Source of the DNA: Candidatus Cloacimonadota bacterium
Lineage (GTDB): Bacteria; Cloacimonadota; Cloacimonadia; G963667145
DNA: 64,000 nucleotides
Assembly: GCA_963667255.1 (NCBI GenBank)
Contig: OY762940.1
Location: 556,510 to 620,509, forward strand
Direction: 5' to 3'
The notes under the pieces are model-generated. The model was not told the DNA's origin. It searched no databases and saw only the letters and a list, made by a program, of their open reading frames with translations. Shown here piece by piece: positions 44,324 to 55,874 of the stretch. The position numbers and the translations under genes are program-made. Each line of letters starts with the position of its first letter. Position 1 is the stretch's first letter.

Positions 44324-44935
44324 TCAAAATGAGCGAGCTTCCAGAGATTTGCTGAGTTTATCGGCGGTTTCCAAGCAGATTATCAGGAACGGATACAGCT
44401 TGTAGATTATTCGTTTGAATGGATTGAGGTTGTAGATTCTCGACTTTTGAGCCATTTCCAATTGTCTGTATTTGTGGAACACAATGGGAATGAGAGAGAA
44501 CACCACAAAGATTGTCAGGAAGATTGTCCGTTGCCACGGCTTATACCAGCAGAAAAAGGTAGCGACACTTCTCGCTATCTGATAGGGAGTGGTGCTGAAC
44601 ACAAAGAAGATGTTGATTATCAAGATGATAGTCAGGCGAGTTGTGTAAATCAGTGGCGATGCCAGTTGTGCAAAATCGAAATGCAGATAGTCGAGATTGA
44701 ATAGTGAGCTGAGAAAGAAAATAGTTACGAAGAACGAGATAATCTGTTTCCAGCCGTTTATTCTCCACAAAAGTTTGGCAACGAGCAGGATAGTTAGAGC
44801 CGCAAAAATTGCTTGAGTGCTTGCTTTGAAAAGCAGATAGGAGCTAAGCCCTATGAAGATAAGTTTCAGCAGAGACGGGATTTTGTGCAGAATAGTAGGC
44901 TTCGAATTGTAGCAAAAGATTTTCATAAGAGCCAA
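44324..44935 (-). CDS. bioN: ECF transporter transmembrane (T) component, BioN-like
   Basis: CbiQ/EcfT-type polytopic protein. It overlaps the ATPase gene and sits in a bioY-ATPase-T arrangement. Confidence 0.7.
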   Translation of the reverse strand: MALMKIFCYNSKPTILHKIPSLLKLIFIGLSSYLLFKASTQAIFAALTILLVAKLLWRINGWKQIISFFVTIFFLSSLFNLDYLHFDFAQLASPLIYTTRLTIILIINIFFVFSTTPYQIARSVATFFCWYKPWQRTIFLTIFVVFSLIPIVFHKYRQLEMAQKSRIYNLNPFKRIIYKLYPFLIICLETADKLSKSLEARSF

Positions 44936-45648
44936 GAAGCTTTTTGTGGGTTATGCGGTCTCTTTATCCCCCAACCTTGCAGTTTGTCCATAGCTTGCAG
45001 TTTGTCGCCATCGTAAACCACTGTTCCGTCGTGAATTATCATAAGCCGTGTTGCGTGATAGAGGACTTTGTCCAAGTCGTGCGAGATGACGATGATGGTA
45101 ATTCCTTGGTTGTGCAAATCCACCAAAGTTTGCAAAATCATCTGCACTCCGGGGTAGTCCAAGCCGATGAAAGGTTCGTCCAAGATTAAGATTTTCGGCT
45201 TTTGTGCCAAGATGGAGGCTATGGTCACTTTCTTCAGTTGACCGCCAGAGAGATGAAACGGCGAGCGGTCTTTCAGATGATAGATGTCCATTTTCTTCAA
45301 AATCTCTTCCGCAGATTGCTCTGGATTTGGCTCTTTGGATTGCTTGATGGCGAAACTCACCTCTTCCATCACGGTTTGGCAAAAAATCTGCGTATTTGCT
45401 TCTTGGAAGACCAAGCCGATTTTCTTCTTAGCTTCTTTGTTTATCCCCAGTTTCTTGTTTTCAAAATAGATTTCGCCTTCACTGGGCTTTACTAATCCCC
45501 CGAGATGGAGCATCGTGACGGTTTTCCCCGAGCCGTTCTTACCTGCTATCAGTAGAAATTCGCCCTCTTCCACAGCAAAATTTATATCGGACAGAATGGT
45601 TTTGCCATCGATTTTTTTGGAGAGATTTCTGACTTCCAGCAGGGGCAT
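44923..45648 (-). CDS. bioM: ECF transporter ATPase, BioM-like
   Basis: Walker A GKNGSGKT, signature LSGGQLK and Walker B ILILDEP. Confidence 0.85.
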   Translation of the reverse strand: MPLLEVRNLSKKIDGKTILSDINFAVEEGEFLLIAGKNGSGKTVTMLHLGGLVKPSEGEIYFENKKLGINKEAKKKIGLVFQEANTQIFCQTVMEEVSFAIKQSKEPNPEQSAEEILKKMDIYHLKDRSPFHLSGGQLKKVTIASILAQKPKILILDEPFIGLDYPGVQMILQTLVDLHNQGITIIVISHDLDKVLYHATRLMIIHDGTVVYDGDKLQAMDKLQGWGIKRPHNPQKASWLL

Positions 45649-45649
45649 T

Positions 45650-46180
45650 TTACAGGCTCTCTTTGAAGTATGGCTTGCTCATTTTGACGAGGATAGCTGC
45701 TACAACGGCTTTGAGGATATCGCCGAAGACGAATGGATAAAAGCCGATGCTCAAGGTTTTGGCAATCGTCCAATCCGCTCCGATGCTGGTTTTCAGCCAA
45801 ATTAGCCCGACAGGATAGATGCACAGAGCCGAGATGATTGTTACTATTAGAAAGCCGACTAAGTTCTCGGGTGTGACTTTTTTCAGCAGATTTCCTACTA
45901 TCACACAGAGCAAATAGCCGACGATATATCCACCCGTTGGACCAAGAATGACAGCGATTCCGCCTTTTCCCATAGAGAATACCGGCAGTCCCAACATTCC
46001 TAAAATCACATAGATGACTATCGCCAAGAATGAGGAACGCAAGTCGAGGAGCAGAACGCCGAGCAGGATGAAGAGATTTGTGAGCACTATCGGCACGGGA
46101 CCTATAGGCACGACAGTGTATGAGCCGATGATGAAAAACACTACGAATAAGGCAGTTACGGTTATTTTTTTGTAATTCAT
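45650..46180 (-). CDS. bioY: Biotin transporter S component BioY
   Basis: 176 aa with 6 TM segments. Has the BioY pattern (VPIGPVPIVLTNLF, GPTGGYIVGY). Confidence 0.85.
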   Translation of the reverse strand: MNYKKITVTALFVVFFIIGSYTVVPIGPVPIVLTNLFILLGVLLLDLRSSFLAIVIYVILGMLGLPVFSMGKGGIAVILGPTGGYIVGYLLCVIVGNLLKKVTPENLVGFLIVTIISALCIYPVGLIWLKTSIGADWTIAKTLSIGFYPFVFGDILKAVVAAILVKMSKPYFKESL

Positions 46181-46187
46181 TTCAATC

Positions 46188-46724
46188 CTATTTAATATTT
46201 CCCAGAAAACTCAAAATTGTGTTTCCTGCTTTGATTTCCTTGAACAAGTTAAAATTGCTATTTGTGATTGGTTCTTTTGCAGAGTGTTCCACGACGATAA
46301 TTCCCTTTGGTGCCAATGTTTTCTTTTCATAGATTAAATCCAAAACAGGTGAGAGCAAGTTGTGTTCGTATGGTGGGTCTAAAAAAATTAAGTCAAAAGC
46401 ATCCGTATTTTTTTTCAAAAAAGATTCTGCGGTTTTCTTTTGGATTTTGCAACTTGAAGCAACGCCAAGTTTGGCGATATTTTTTTTTATAGTGGACAGG
46501 GAGTCAGCTGATATGTCAACAAACTGAGCAGAACTCGCACCACGACTGACAGCCTCCAGCCCCAATCCTCCGAAACCGGCGAACAAATCCAAGACAGCCT
46601 TGCCATCGCACGAGCCGATAACAGCGAAAATCCTCTCTTTTATTGAGTCGGCTGTCGGTCTGACATTGGAAGATTTTGAGGAAAAAAGCCTAAATCCTTT
46701 GAAGTTGCCTGAGATGATACGCAT
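46188..46724 (-). CDS. rsmD: 16S rRNA (guanine966-N2)-methyltransferase
   Basis: Has RIISGNFKGFRL, RPTADSIKERIF, LDLFAGFGGLGLEAVSRGA and FLDPPY. Confidence 0.85.
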   Translation of the reverse strand: MRIISGNFKGFRLFSSKSSNVRPTADSIKERIFAVIGSCDGKAVLDLFAGFGGLGLEAVSRGASSAQFVDISADSLSTIKKNIAKLGVASSCKIQKKTAESFLKKNTDAFDLIFLDPPYEHNLLSPVLDLIYEKKTLAPKGIIVVEHSAKEPITNSNFNLFKEIKAGNTILSFLGNIK

Positions 46725-46733
46725 TTTGGAGAA

Positions 46734-47390
46734 TTATAGGTTGAGCATTTTTTTTAGCATACCTATCGTTATTTGATTTAGTTTCAAGTCCGAGTCGAGC
46801 TTTTCTCCGGCTTCGTTCAGGAGTTCGGCGATGTTCATCTCCTCGAAGTTTTTGGCTTTGCGGTTATCGTTTTCAGAGCTGTTATCTGTTTGCTTTACAG
46901 GAGCTTTGCTCTCTTGAGTTTCGATAGGCGGAACAGTATAGGGCAATTCAGGACTCTTTTTGAAATCGTCCAAAGTAATGCCCTCATCCAAGTCGTAGGG
47001 CAAATCTTCAAGGGTCTCTTTTTTGGGATTGCTTTTTTCGATAGGTGCTACTTTTATCTCTTCTTTAGTAGTTTCTTTGGGCTCAGTCTCCACAGAATTT
47101 TCGTCAACTTGTTCATCAATAGGCGTATGCTCTACCTGCTCCAAAGTCAATTTTTTGTATTCGTAATCGGGCAAAATATTGAGATTTCGCAGTTGCTCTT
47201 TGGAAAAAATCGAGAGAATGAGAGGATTGTATCTCAGACTGACATTGGCGAAAACCTTTTTGTCGAGCTCTTTAACTTTTTTTCGGGCGAATTTGTCCTT
47301 GTCGGCAAGCATCTGATACACTCCCATAGCGTGCGTAAACTCGCCTTGTTTCTCGTAGAGTTTAGCCATAGTCAGCGTGGGAGTTATCAT
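46734..47390 (-). CDS. Hypothetical protein with one TPR-like N-terminal unit and an acidic/low-complexity C-terminal half
   Basis: 218-aa ORF in an operon position between purA and rsmD. I recognise no catalytic motif. Confidence 0.5.
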   Translation of the reverse strand: MITPTLTMAKLYEKQGEFTHAMGVYQMLADKDKFARKKVKELDKKVFANVSLRYNPLILSIFSKEQLRNLNILPDYEYKKLTLEQVEHTPIDEQVDENSVETEPKETTKEEIKVAPIEKSNPKKETLEDLPYDLDEGITLDDFKKSPELPYTVPPIETQESKAPVKQTDNSSENDNRKAKNFEEMNIAELLNEAGEKLDSDLKLNQITIGMLKKMLNL

Positions 47391-47409
47391 CAGTCGTTAC
47401 CTTTGCGAA

Positions 47410-48684
<1,275 letters not shown>

Positions 48685-48691
48685 TTAATCC

Positions 48692-49501
48692 TTAAATATC
48701 CAATTGAATTTTTGCCATTCGATTCAATCCGTTTAAATCTTGTGTAATCCGGCAAGTGTAACCTTGGGCGTGAGCAATTTCCGTGATTTTGTCCGCTTGA
48801 GTCGCTCCTATCTCCAAGTATAAAGCACCTTTATAGGTCAAAAATCGGTTTAATTCTGTCAATATCTTTTTGTAAAAATAAAGTCCGTTATCCTCAGCCA
48901 ATAGAGCCGTTTGCGGTTCAAAATTTTTTATCTGCTTTTCAAGGGTCGAATACTCGATTTTGCCGATATATGGCGGGTTGGAAACGATGATGTCGTATTT
49001 TCTCGTGACATTGGAAAAGATATTGCTCTGGGAAAATTTAATGTTAGCATCGTGAATGGAGGCGTTTTCTTTGGCGATAGTCATCGGATGAATGTCCACG
49101 GCATCTACTTGGGAATTTGCTAAATGCAGAGCCAAAGAAATTGCGATACAGCCACTTCCAGTGCCGATATCCAAAATCCTCAGATTTTGTTTGTGCTTGT
49201 TGTCGTTTATGATTTCGTCCACTAAAAGTTCAGTTTCCGGTCTCGGAATTAACACGGTTTCATCGACCTTGTATTCTCTATCATAAAAATAGCTGTGTCC
49301 GAAAATATATTGCAATGGCTCGTCTGTTTTCCGTCTGGCAACAATTTCCGTGAATTTGTCCCACAAATCCGAAGAAACAGGATGGTCTTTTTGAAACTCA
49401 ATTTCGTTGTAATTCAGTCCGGTCAATTCTCGCAAGATGTAGAAAATCTCAGCTCTTGGCAATTCCGTGCTTTGTAGAGCATCACTAAAGGTTTTGTTCA
49501 C
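48692..49501 (-). CDS. prmC: Release factor glutamine N5-methyltransferase
   Basis: HemK pattern with DIGTGSGCIA and NPPY (IVSNPPYIG). Confidence 0.85.
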   Translation of the reverse strand: MNKTFSDALQSTELPRAEIFYILRELTGLNYNEIEFQKDHPVSSDLWDKFTEIVARRKTDEPLQYIFGHSYFYDREYKVDETVLIPRPETELLVDEIINDNKHKQNLRILDIGTGSGCIAISLALHLANSQVDAVDIHPMTIAKENASIHDANIKFSQSNIFSNVTRKYDIIVSNPPYIGKIEYSTLEKQIKNFEPQTALLAEDNGLYFYKKILTELNRFLTYKGALYLEIGATQADKITEIAHAQGYTCRITQDLNGLNRMAKIQLDI

Positions 49502-50390
49502 TCAAATCCTTTTCCAGATTGAAAGCGGCGATAGCTCCGTCCGCAGCGGCTGTCACCACTTGTCGCAAAGACTTTTGGCAGATATCTCCCGCAGCGTAGA
49601 TTAGCGGAACATTGGTTTTTTGGTCTTTGTCAGTAACGATAAATCCTCGCTCATCGAGAGTGATAAAATCTTTAATCAGAGCGGTTTGCGGTTGAGTGCC
49701 GGCATAGATGAAAACTCCGTCTGTGTTTAGGTCGCTTTTTTTGCCAGTCTTCACATTTTTAAGATTTATGGTAGAGACTTTGTCATCGCCATCTATTTTT
49801 TCCACAATTGAGTCCCAAACAAACTCTATCTTCTCGTTTTTCTTCGCTCTTTCCCCAATAATTTTAGTCGCTCTGAGTTGATTGCGACGATGGATAATGT
49901 AAACTTTTGTCGCAAATTTGGTCAAAAAAAGAGCTTCCTCTACGGCAGCATCGCCTCCTCCGACTACAGCGACGACCTTGCCTTTGTAAAACATTCCGTC
50001 GCAAGTGGCACAATAGGACACACCTCTTCCGGTGAATTTCTCTTCCCCTGGCACATTGAGCTTTGCGGCTTTGGCACCCATAGCGAGGATTATTCCTTGG
50101 CAATTGTAGGCTTGTTCGGTGGTTGTAATTTTGCCTTTTTCGATTTTGGTAACCTCTTCGTTTTTGATTTCGCAGCCAAAATTTTCTGCTTGTTTGCGGA
50201 AGATGTCAGTCAGCGAAAATCCGTCGCCACTTGGATAACCCGGGTAGTTTTCGATGTCGGCAGTTTGCGTGATTTGTCCTCCGGTGATGCCCGATTCCAA
50301 AATCAAGGTTTTCAGACCGCCTCTCGCAGCGTAAATTCCCGCTGTTAGTCCGGCAGGTCCTCCGCCGACAATTATCAAATCAAAATCCAT
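49485..50390 (-). CDS. trxB: Thioredoxin-disulfide reductase
   Basis: Has GGGPAG, the redox-active CATCDG, GGGDAAVEEA and a C-terminal GD motif (AAGD). Confidence 0.92.
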   Translation of the reverse strand: MDFDLIIVGGGPAGLTAGIYAARGGLKTLILESGITGGQITQTADIENYPGYPSGDGFSLTDIFRKQAENFGCEIKNEEVTKIEKGKITTTEQAYNCQGIILAMGAKAAKLNVPGEEKFTGRGVSYCATCDGMFYKGKVVAVVGGGDAAVEEALFLTKFATKVYIIHRRNQLRATKIIGERAKKNEKIEFVWDSIVEKIDGDDKVSTINLKNVKTGKKSDLNTDGVFIYAGTQPQTALIKDFITLDERGFIVTDKDQKTNVPLIYAAGDICQKSLRQVVTAAADGAIAAFNLEKDLSEQNL

Positions 50391-50400
50391 TTGGCTCTCC

Positions 50401-50664
50401 TTATTGTTTCACTTTAATGATAACTTGCTGATTTGCAGGAAATTCCATTCCGCCAATGCTGTCCAATTTTGTGTTAATAATTTTGCTCCCTTCGGAGTTG
50501 ACAGCTTCTATTTGAGCATTGTTCAGATTTTTGGATTTCCCCACAAAAATTAGTTTATCAGGCTCGGAATTTTCGCTTTCTTTCTCGGTTTGGAGCATCA
50601 AATCGCATGCACAAATGAGTAGCGTTAGTAAAATGCAGATAGCTAAAAGCGGTTTCAGTTTCAT
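50401..50664 (-). CDS. Small putative lipoprotein
   Basis: Signal peptide with a lipobox-like LLICAC. 87 aa, with no recognised domain. Confidence 0.45.
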   Translation of the reverse strand: MKLKPLLAICILLTLLICACDLMLQTEKESENSEPDKLIFVGKSKNLNNAQIEAVNSEGSKIINTKLDSIGGMEFPANQQVIIKVKQ

Positions 50665-50666
50665 TG

Positions 50667-51653
50667 CTAATTGATTTTGAAATTTTCCACTTCGCTGTCA
50701 CTCATTTTGGTTGTGGTTGTCGTAGCAAAATCGGTTCCCAACGCACCGTAGTAAATTTCCGTTTCCTGATTTTCGCTGACTTTGTTGCAATAGCGGAGCA
50801 AAATTCCTCCGCACAATTTCACGAGATTCAAGTCAATTTCATCTCTTGACTGGACAATCCCGAGAGGCGAAGCAAAATTCTTCGCTCTGATTGCAAACTC
50901 TCCTGTGCCGTTTTTTGTCAGGTAGTTGTTTTCGCCTTGGCTTTTGCCGAGAACAAATTTAGCGTTTTCGTTTATGCGGAAATGACGACCCAAGTTCAAG
51001 AAGGTTAAATTTCTTTTGTCCAACATACCATAATCCATAATGTCTCGCAACCTCTTGCAATAGCCGATATCAGTGAGCAAACAGCCACCAGCGGATGAGG
51101 GTATCGAGGGCAAATTGAATTTTTCGGCTAACTCGTATTGTTTCTTGCGCGAGCGACCAGAGATGTCCAAGAGTTTTTCTTTATCCACAAGTCCGTCCAA
51201 AATCGGCTTTGTGTCGGGCAAGATTTTTTGCGAAAGAGGACGAATAATATACTCCCTAACTTTGCTGATTTTGTCCACAGCAGCCAGAGAGTTCTTGGTT
51301 TGCGACATCGGTCGCTGAGAGACCACCTCTCCGCTACAGATGAAGGCGGCGTTTTCTTCCAGCATAATTTCGTTCGCTTTATTTAGCATCATCCCATGAC
51401 AGTTGATGCACGGATTGAGGTTCTTCCCATAGCCGTAACTGGGACTTTTCAGCATCTCTAGATATTCGTCCGTAATATCCACTATTTTGATGCGAAAACT
51501 GTTTTCTTTGGCGATTTTTATGGCATTGTTCGGAGGAAAAAATGGAGTGGAAAAGCAGACAGGAATTACTTCAAATCCCAAATCTTGCATAAGATAAACG
51601 ATGAGAATGCTGTCCAATCCTCCGGAAAATAGGGAAATAACTTTTGGTTTCAT
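50667..51653 (-). CDS. PP-loop ATP pyrophosphatase family protein (ThiI/MnmA-like tRNA-thiolation superfamily), exact function unknown
   Basis: N-terminal SGGLDS PP-loop (VISLFSGGLDS), NPCINCH, and the Cys-containing SSAGGCLLTD. Confidence 0.55.
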   Translation of the reverse strand: MKPKVISLFSGGLDSILIVYLMQDLGFEVIPVCFSTPFFPPNNAIKIAKENSFRIKIVDITDEYLEMLKSPSYGYGKNLNPCINCHGMMLNKANEIMLEENAAFICSGEVVSQRPMSQTKNSLAAVDKISKVREYIIRPLSQKILPDTKPILDGLVDKEKLLDISGRSRKKQYELAEKFNLPSIPSSAGGCLLTDIGYCKRLRDIMDYGMLDKRNLTFLNLGRHFRINENAKFVLGKSQGENNYLTKNGTGEFAIRAKNFASPLGIVQSRDEIDLNLVKLCGGILLRYCNKVSENQETEIYYGALGTDFATTTTTKMSDSEVENFKIN

Positions 51654-51747
51654 TAATTTTGACCTCGACTAACCTCAACAAGAGTCTTGTGCAAAAGAAA
51701 GATGTCAAATATTTTGTTAGCTATGCAGTAATATTTGCGGGGTATTT

Positions 51748-53697
51748 CTATTTTCTATCACTATTCTGCTCATAATCTTCCATTCTATTGAATGAATACT
51801 CATATTCGTAGCTCATGGGGACGATTTCGTTGTAATCGGCGATGGTTGCGTTGGACAAGCAAGCCTCAATAATCCGCTTGCCCGTCAGCAATAAATCGTC
51901 TTTAAGATATTTTTGCAATTCTGTTTTGAAAAACTCTTGGAGTATTTCTGCTCCAGCATCGTAGCCTTCGTATCCGACCTCCGATTGCGTGTAAACTTTG
52001 AAGAATCTTGAAGGTATTTTTGAGCCTTCAAGTGTGAGATAATTTAATTCATAACCCAAGAGAGGACAACGGGCAGCTTGGTATTGGTCAGGCTTTAGGC
52101 GTGCAACACCTCTTCTGGTTAGGTATTCTCGCATCAAGAGTTGTGGTTTAAATCCAACATTCCAAACACCAATATTTTGGTTAGGAACTAAGGTGAAAGT
52201 GGTGCGGGGAGTTTCGATGATTTGCTTCAACAGCATATTTGCGTGTGGCACTCGTTTCCCGGTAGCAAATGGCCAGTATGAACCAACGCCCTCGCTTTCC
52301 ATTTTCCCCGAACTCACAATGCTCGGGTTGTCATGCCCACGAGGTGCAACAAGTCTCCAAAGCCAAGCCAAAGCCGGAGGCAAGATGTGAAACATTCCGA
52401 TAATTCCATACGACGGATTTTCCTTTGAACAAACAGGCGTGCGTATACCAAAGCTCCTAATATCGACAGAAACAGGCTTGTTTACTATATTCGGGACTAT
52501 CTCACGCGGGATGACCACTCTTGGGTTGGGACACGACTTCCCAGGCTCATCTTGTATGTGTTCCCAAATCAAAGCCGTGGAACTCGGTGTGGTTTCAATA
52601 TTTAAAAACAATAGCGGGGAAGATGGACTGAGTGTTGTTTTTTCCAAAGTAGGGTCATCGCCATATTGCTTAACACTGTCAACTCGCACAAACCAAGCGT
52701 TTTCGGCATCAATTATGCTAAGCTTCCCGTCTTTCCCTTGAAGCGAAGGATGGCAAAAAGCCATATCGTCCGCAACTGCGTTGAATGAGCAAAAGCGAGG
52801 TATGGAGATAAATCTTTCTTCAGAGGTTACAAGATTTTTGCCCAACGACACGCTGCCATCATATTCTCGCAGAATATGCTGATGCATTTCGCTTTTTCCT
52901 CCGCCACTGGCACCTTCGTGCATAAATGTGGTTAAGTTGTCGTAAGGGCTTATCGATTGCACAGCCGAACAGTGAGCGATTACCCACTCCTCTTTTTCGG
53001 CATGGTTGAGCATTACGCCGTAAAGCCCTTTCTTGGCACTTGGTCCAGGATATAGATTATAAGAGTAAAGTTCGTGAACTGTTTCGGTGCGGTTGTGGAC
53101 AACGACCTGTTTCCCGTCAAAATGAGTATGCCTAAATATAGGTGCAACGAAGATTACCGATTTCAATTCATCTTTGCCCTCCAACTTATCTACGGGGACT
53201 ATTTTTTGGAGCATCGACAAGCCAAGAGCAAAAAATGCCGCATTTGCCGGAGTGATAGCTATTCCTATCGAGCCGATATTTTCTCTGCCTGCAAAATAGA
53301 AGAAAACAGCCAAATCTTGTTTTTTCAACCAATCAAAAGTCTCTGTTTGCAAGCCGGAAAATTCGTAGCCATATTTATCGACAAATCGCTTTTTATCTGT
53401 AGGACTATTATCAGCGATAGCCATTGTGTTAGGGTCTCTGCGACGCATATACGCTTCGGTATAGTTAGCCGAAATACCGTTTTTCACTCGCTGGACAACA
53501 GCCTCCGTAAAAAGACCTTTCCCTGGAACATCGTATTGAACTTCATACTGCATATTCTCTTTGCCGTTAGTGGATGCAACGGCCAACTCTTCGCAGGTAT
53601 TGAATACGGTATAGCTTTTGCACTCACTCAATAATTTTGAGATATTGTCCGGCACAATAATATTTTTATCTTTTAAGATAGTTAATAAATTGTTCAT
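51748..53697 (-). CDS. Large conserved hypothetical protein with a Walker A-like GASGGGKSE motif (possibly DUF4914 family)
   Basis: 649 aa counted from the ATG at 53697, which is preceded by AAGAGG at 7 nt. The P-loop-like EGASGGGKSEM resembles the HprK/PEPCK-type nucleotide loop. The family assignment is from memory only. Confidence 0.5.
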   Translation of the reverse strand: MNNLLTILKDKNIIVPDNISKLLSECKSYTVFNTCEELAVASTNGKENMQYEVQYDVPGKGLFTEAVVQRVKNGISANYTEAYMRRRDPNTMAIADNSPTDKKRFVDKYGYEFSGLQTETFDWLKKQDLAVFFYFAGRENIGSIGIAITPANAAFFALGLSMLQKIVPVDKLEGKDELKSVIFVAPIFRHTHFDGKQVVVHNRTETVHELYSYNLYPGPSAKKGLYGVMLNHAEKEEWVIAHCSAVQSISPYDNLTTFMHEGASGGGKSEMHQHILREYDGSVSLGKNLVTSEERFISIPRFCSFNAVADDMAFCHPSLQGKDGKLSIIDAENAWFVRVDSVKQYGDDPTLEKTTLSPSSPLLFLNIETTPSSTALIWEHIQDEPGKSCPNPRVVIPREIVPNIVNKPVSVDIRSFGIRTPVCSKENPSYGIIGMFHILPPALAWLWRLVAPRGHDNPSIVSSGKMESEGVGSYWPFATGKRVPHANMLLKQIIETPRTTFTLVPNQNIGVWNVGFKPQLLMREYLTRRGVARLKPDQYQAARCPLLGYELNYLTLEGSKIPSRFFKVYTQSEVGYEGYDAGAEILQEFFKTELQKYLKDDLLLTGKRIIEACLSNATIADYNEIVPMSYEYEYSFNRMEDYEQNSDRK

Positions 53698-53859
53698 TTT
53701 AAACCTCTTACAAATGCTTTGAAAAAATTTTGTTTTGTTAATGCTCACAGTCAGTGGCGTTCAAATTTTTGAACTCCTAAACGAAATCAACCTAAAAATA
53801 GGTCAATGATTTTTTGTGAAAGTATGTTAGAAATGAGTCAATTCCGTGTGTTGATTGAG

Positions 53860-54909
53860 TTAAAACAGTCTCAACATCTCCAAATCCGCACAAATTTTGA
53901 GCGAATAGGAATAGTTCAACTCTTTGTTTTTCAGATTGTAAACATTATCCAAGCAGAATTGAAAATCTATTTTGTCGCTGATGGCAAGGTTGTAATTGTA
54001 GAACAAGGAGATATTTTGCAAATATTCGTTTTTGTTGTCGGCTTCGGTGGTCGTCCAAAAAAGCCGGCTTCCTTGGGAGCAGTAAAAATTGTCGGCATAA
54101 AAATAGGACAAAACGATTTTGGTATTTTGGTAATGAAAATTGCCGAGAAGATAAACTCCGTTGCCCTCACTGGCTTTCAATCTTTTCACACTGGTGGCTT
54201 CGCTGAAACGGAGGTAGTAGCCTTCCAAGTCAAAATAGTCGCCGAATGAATAGCCAAGCCCTTGTGCCAGAGAGAAAATCGATTGAATGGGAGCATCTTG
54301 CAGGGAGTCGTTTATCACGATTTTCGCACTGTCGATTTCTCCGCCTTGATGAGTGATAACTCCTTGAAAGGGAAAGTATAAGTTGCCGATGAGCTTGCTT
54401 TTGCCACTATAGCCAACCGCAAATTTTTCTTGTTTGGCGGAAGCGGGAAAGATGAACTCTTGCCAATCGAGCCAAAGTTCAATTTTGCCGATAGAGTTAT
54501 CAAATTTGAATTTCACTCCGCTTTTGCTGAAATCTTCAAAATCTTTTTCTTTTTCGGAGAGGGGAGCAATTTGCTTTCCGTCGGGGGAAAAATTCCCCAA
54601 TGAGGCAGAAAAGTTGTCGCCGAGTTTGACTTCCATTCCCAAAAATGGAGAAGTTTTGGCAAATTTGTCGCTTCCGCTGTAGCTCAATAAGAAAGTGCCC
54701 AAAGTGATTTTGGCTCTGTTTTTATACTTGTATTCTATCGACGGAAACAAATTGTAGCCGGTAAGAGTGTAGCCCTCGGTGGTCGCATATTCGTTGTTTT
54801 TGAAGTAAGTTTCCGCTTTGAAATTCAAAGCAAGCGAATCTGTATTTTTATCAAAAGCGAACAATAAGCCAAACAGAAGAAACAGGAAAATTAGATAGTT
54901 ACGGAGCAT
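53860..54909 (-). CDS. Putative outer-membrane beta-barrel protein
   Basis: Has a signal peptide (LIFLFLLFGLLFAF), alternating aromatic/polar strands and a C-terminal ...LRLF typical of OMP termini. Confidence 0.5.
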   Translation of the reverse strand: MLRNYLIFLFLLFGLLFAFDKNTDSLALNFKAETYFKNNEYATTEGYTLTGYNLFPSIEYKYKNRAKITLGTFLLSYSGSDKFAKTSPFLGMEVKLGDNFSASLGNFSPDGKQIAPLSEKEKDFEDFSKSGVKFKFDNSIGKIELWLDWQEFIFPASAKQEKFAVGYSGKSKLIGNLYFPFQGVITHQGGEIDSAKIVINDSLQDAPIQSIFSLAQGLGYSFGDYFDLEGYYLRFSEATSVKRLKASEGNGVYLLGNFHYQNTKIVLSYFYADNFYCSQGSRLFWTTTEADNKNEYLQNISLFYNYNLAISDKIDFQFCLDNVYNLKNKELNYSYSLKICADLEMLRLF

Positions 54910-55699
54910 AAACGATTTTCAAACCCGTTTTTTCTTGATACTCTTTGTAATCTCTTCCGGAGCTTTTTTGCTTGGAATAAAAAATACCGAGCCTGGCATT
55001 GCCAATTTTGTAGGTTAATGATGTGCTTCCATTGATAGAATTTTCGTAATCTTCGTCTATGTAAGCCAATTCTCCGGAAAAGCAAAATTTCTGGAAAAAA
55101 TTGTAATCGGTGGCGGTGCGAAGAAAGAATTTGAGGTCTCTGCCAGTAGCGTGATAATAGTAGCCTCCGCCGAAATAGCAAGTGATTTTTTCTGTTGGTT
55201 TGTAGCCGAAATTAAGAATAACACACTCATGGCTTATTCCTTCCAACTCTTCGTCCGTGAATTTATTTTTTAAGCTGTCTGCCCTTGATGGTGATTTTAG
55301 TAGTCCGTCCAAGTAATGGCAAGATTCGTGATACAAGGGCAAGAAATTTACTTGCCATTTTTCACTAATTGCATAAGTAAAATTTATTCCAATAATTCCA
55401 TACAAATCGTTTAAAGCATAATGTCCTCGGAGGTCGCTTGGGGCTTGGATAAACAAGTTCAGTCCGTAAAAAACATTATAAAGGCATTTATCTTTTTTCA
55501 CTGTAAAGAGATTGTTGATAACTTTGGGATTGACTTCAATTACATCGTAATAAGCGTTATAAGAGATATTTAAGTCATTGTAAGTGGATTTAGGATTTTC
55601 GAGACATTGGTAGGCAAAAATATTTGCACTTCCTACTAACAACACAAAAAACAACAGATGCTTTTTGTAAGCAAACTTTGGGAAATTCATTGAATTCAC
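54899..55699 (-). CDS. Signal-peptide protein, beta-rich, putative outer-membrane protein
   Basis: Hydrophobic N-terminus (LLFFVLLVGSANIFA) and a Y/F/G-rich strand pattern. It overlaps the downstream OMP gene by 11 nt. Confidence 0.4.
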   Translation of the reverse strand: MNSMNFPKFAYKKHLLFFVLLVGSANIFAYQCLENPKSTYNDLNISYNAYYDVIEVNPKVINNLFTVKKDKCLYNVFYGLNLFIQAPSDLRGHYALNDLYGIIGINFTYAISEKWQVNFLPLYHESCHYLDGLLKSPSRADSLKNKFTDEELEGISHECVILNFGYKPTEKITCYFGGGYYYHATGRDLKFFLRTATDYNFFQKFCFSGELAYIDEDYENSINGSTSLTYKIGNARLGIFYSKQKSSGRDYKEYQEKTGLKIVYAP

Positions 55700-55787
55700 T
55701 CCTTCTTTATAGGAGCGACACTTTTTATTTTTTGTGGATAGTCAAGACATCTTTTGGAGATTTGTGGAACTCGTCATCTCTCAAAAC

Positions 55788-55862
<75 letters not shown>

Positions 55863-55874
55863 TCTATAAGAAAT

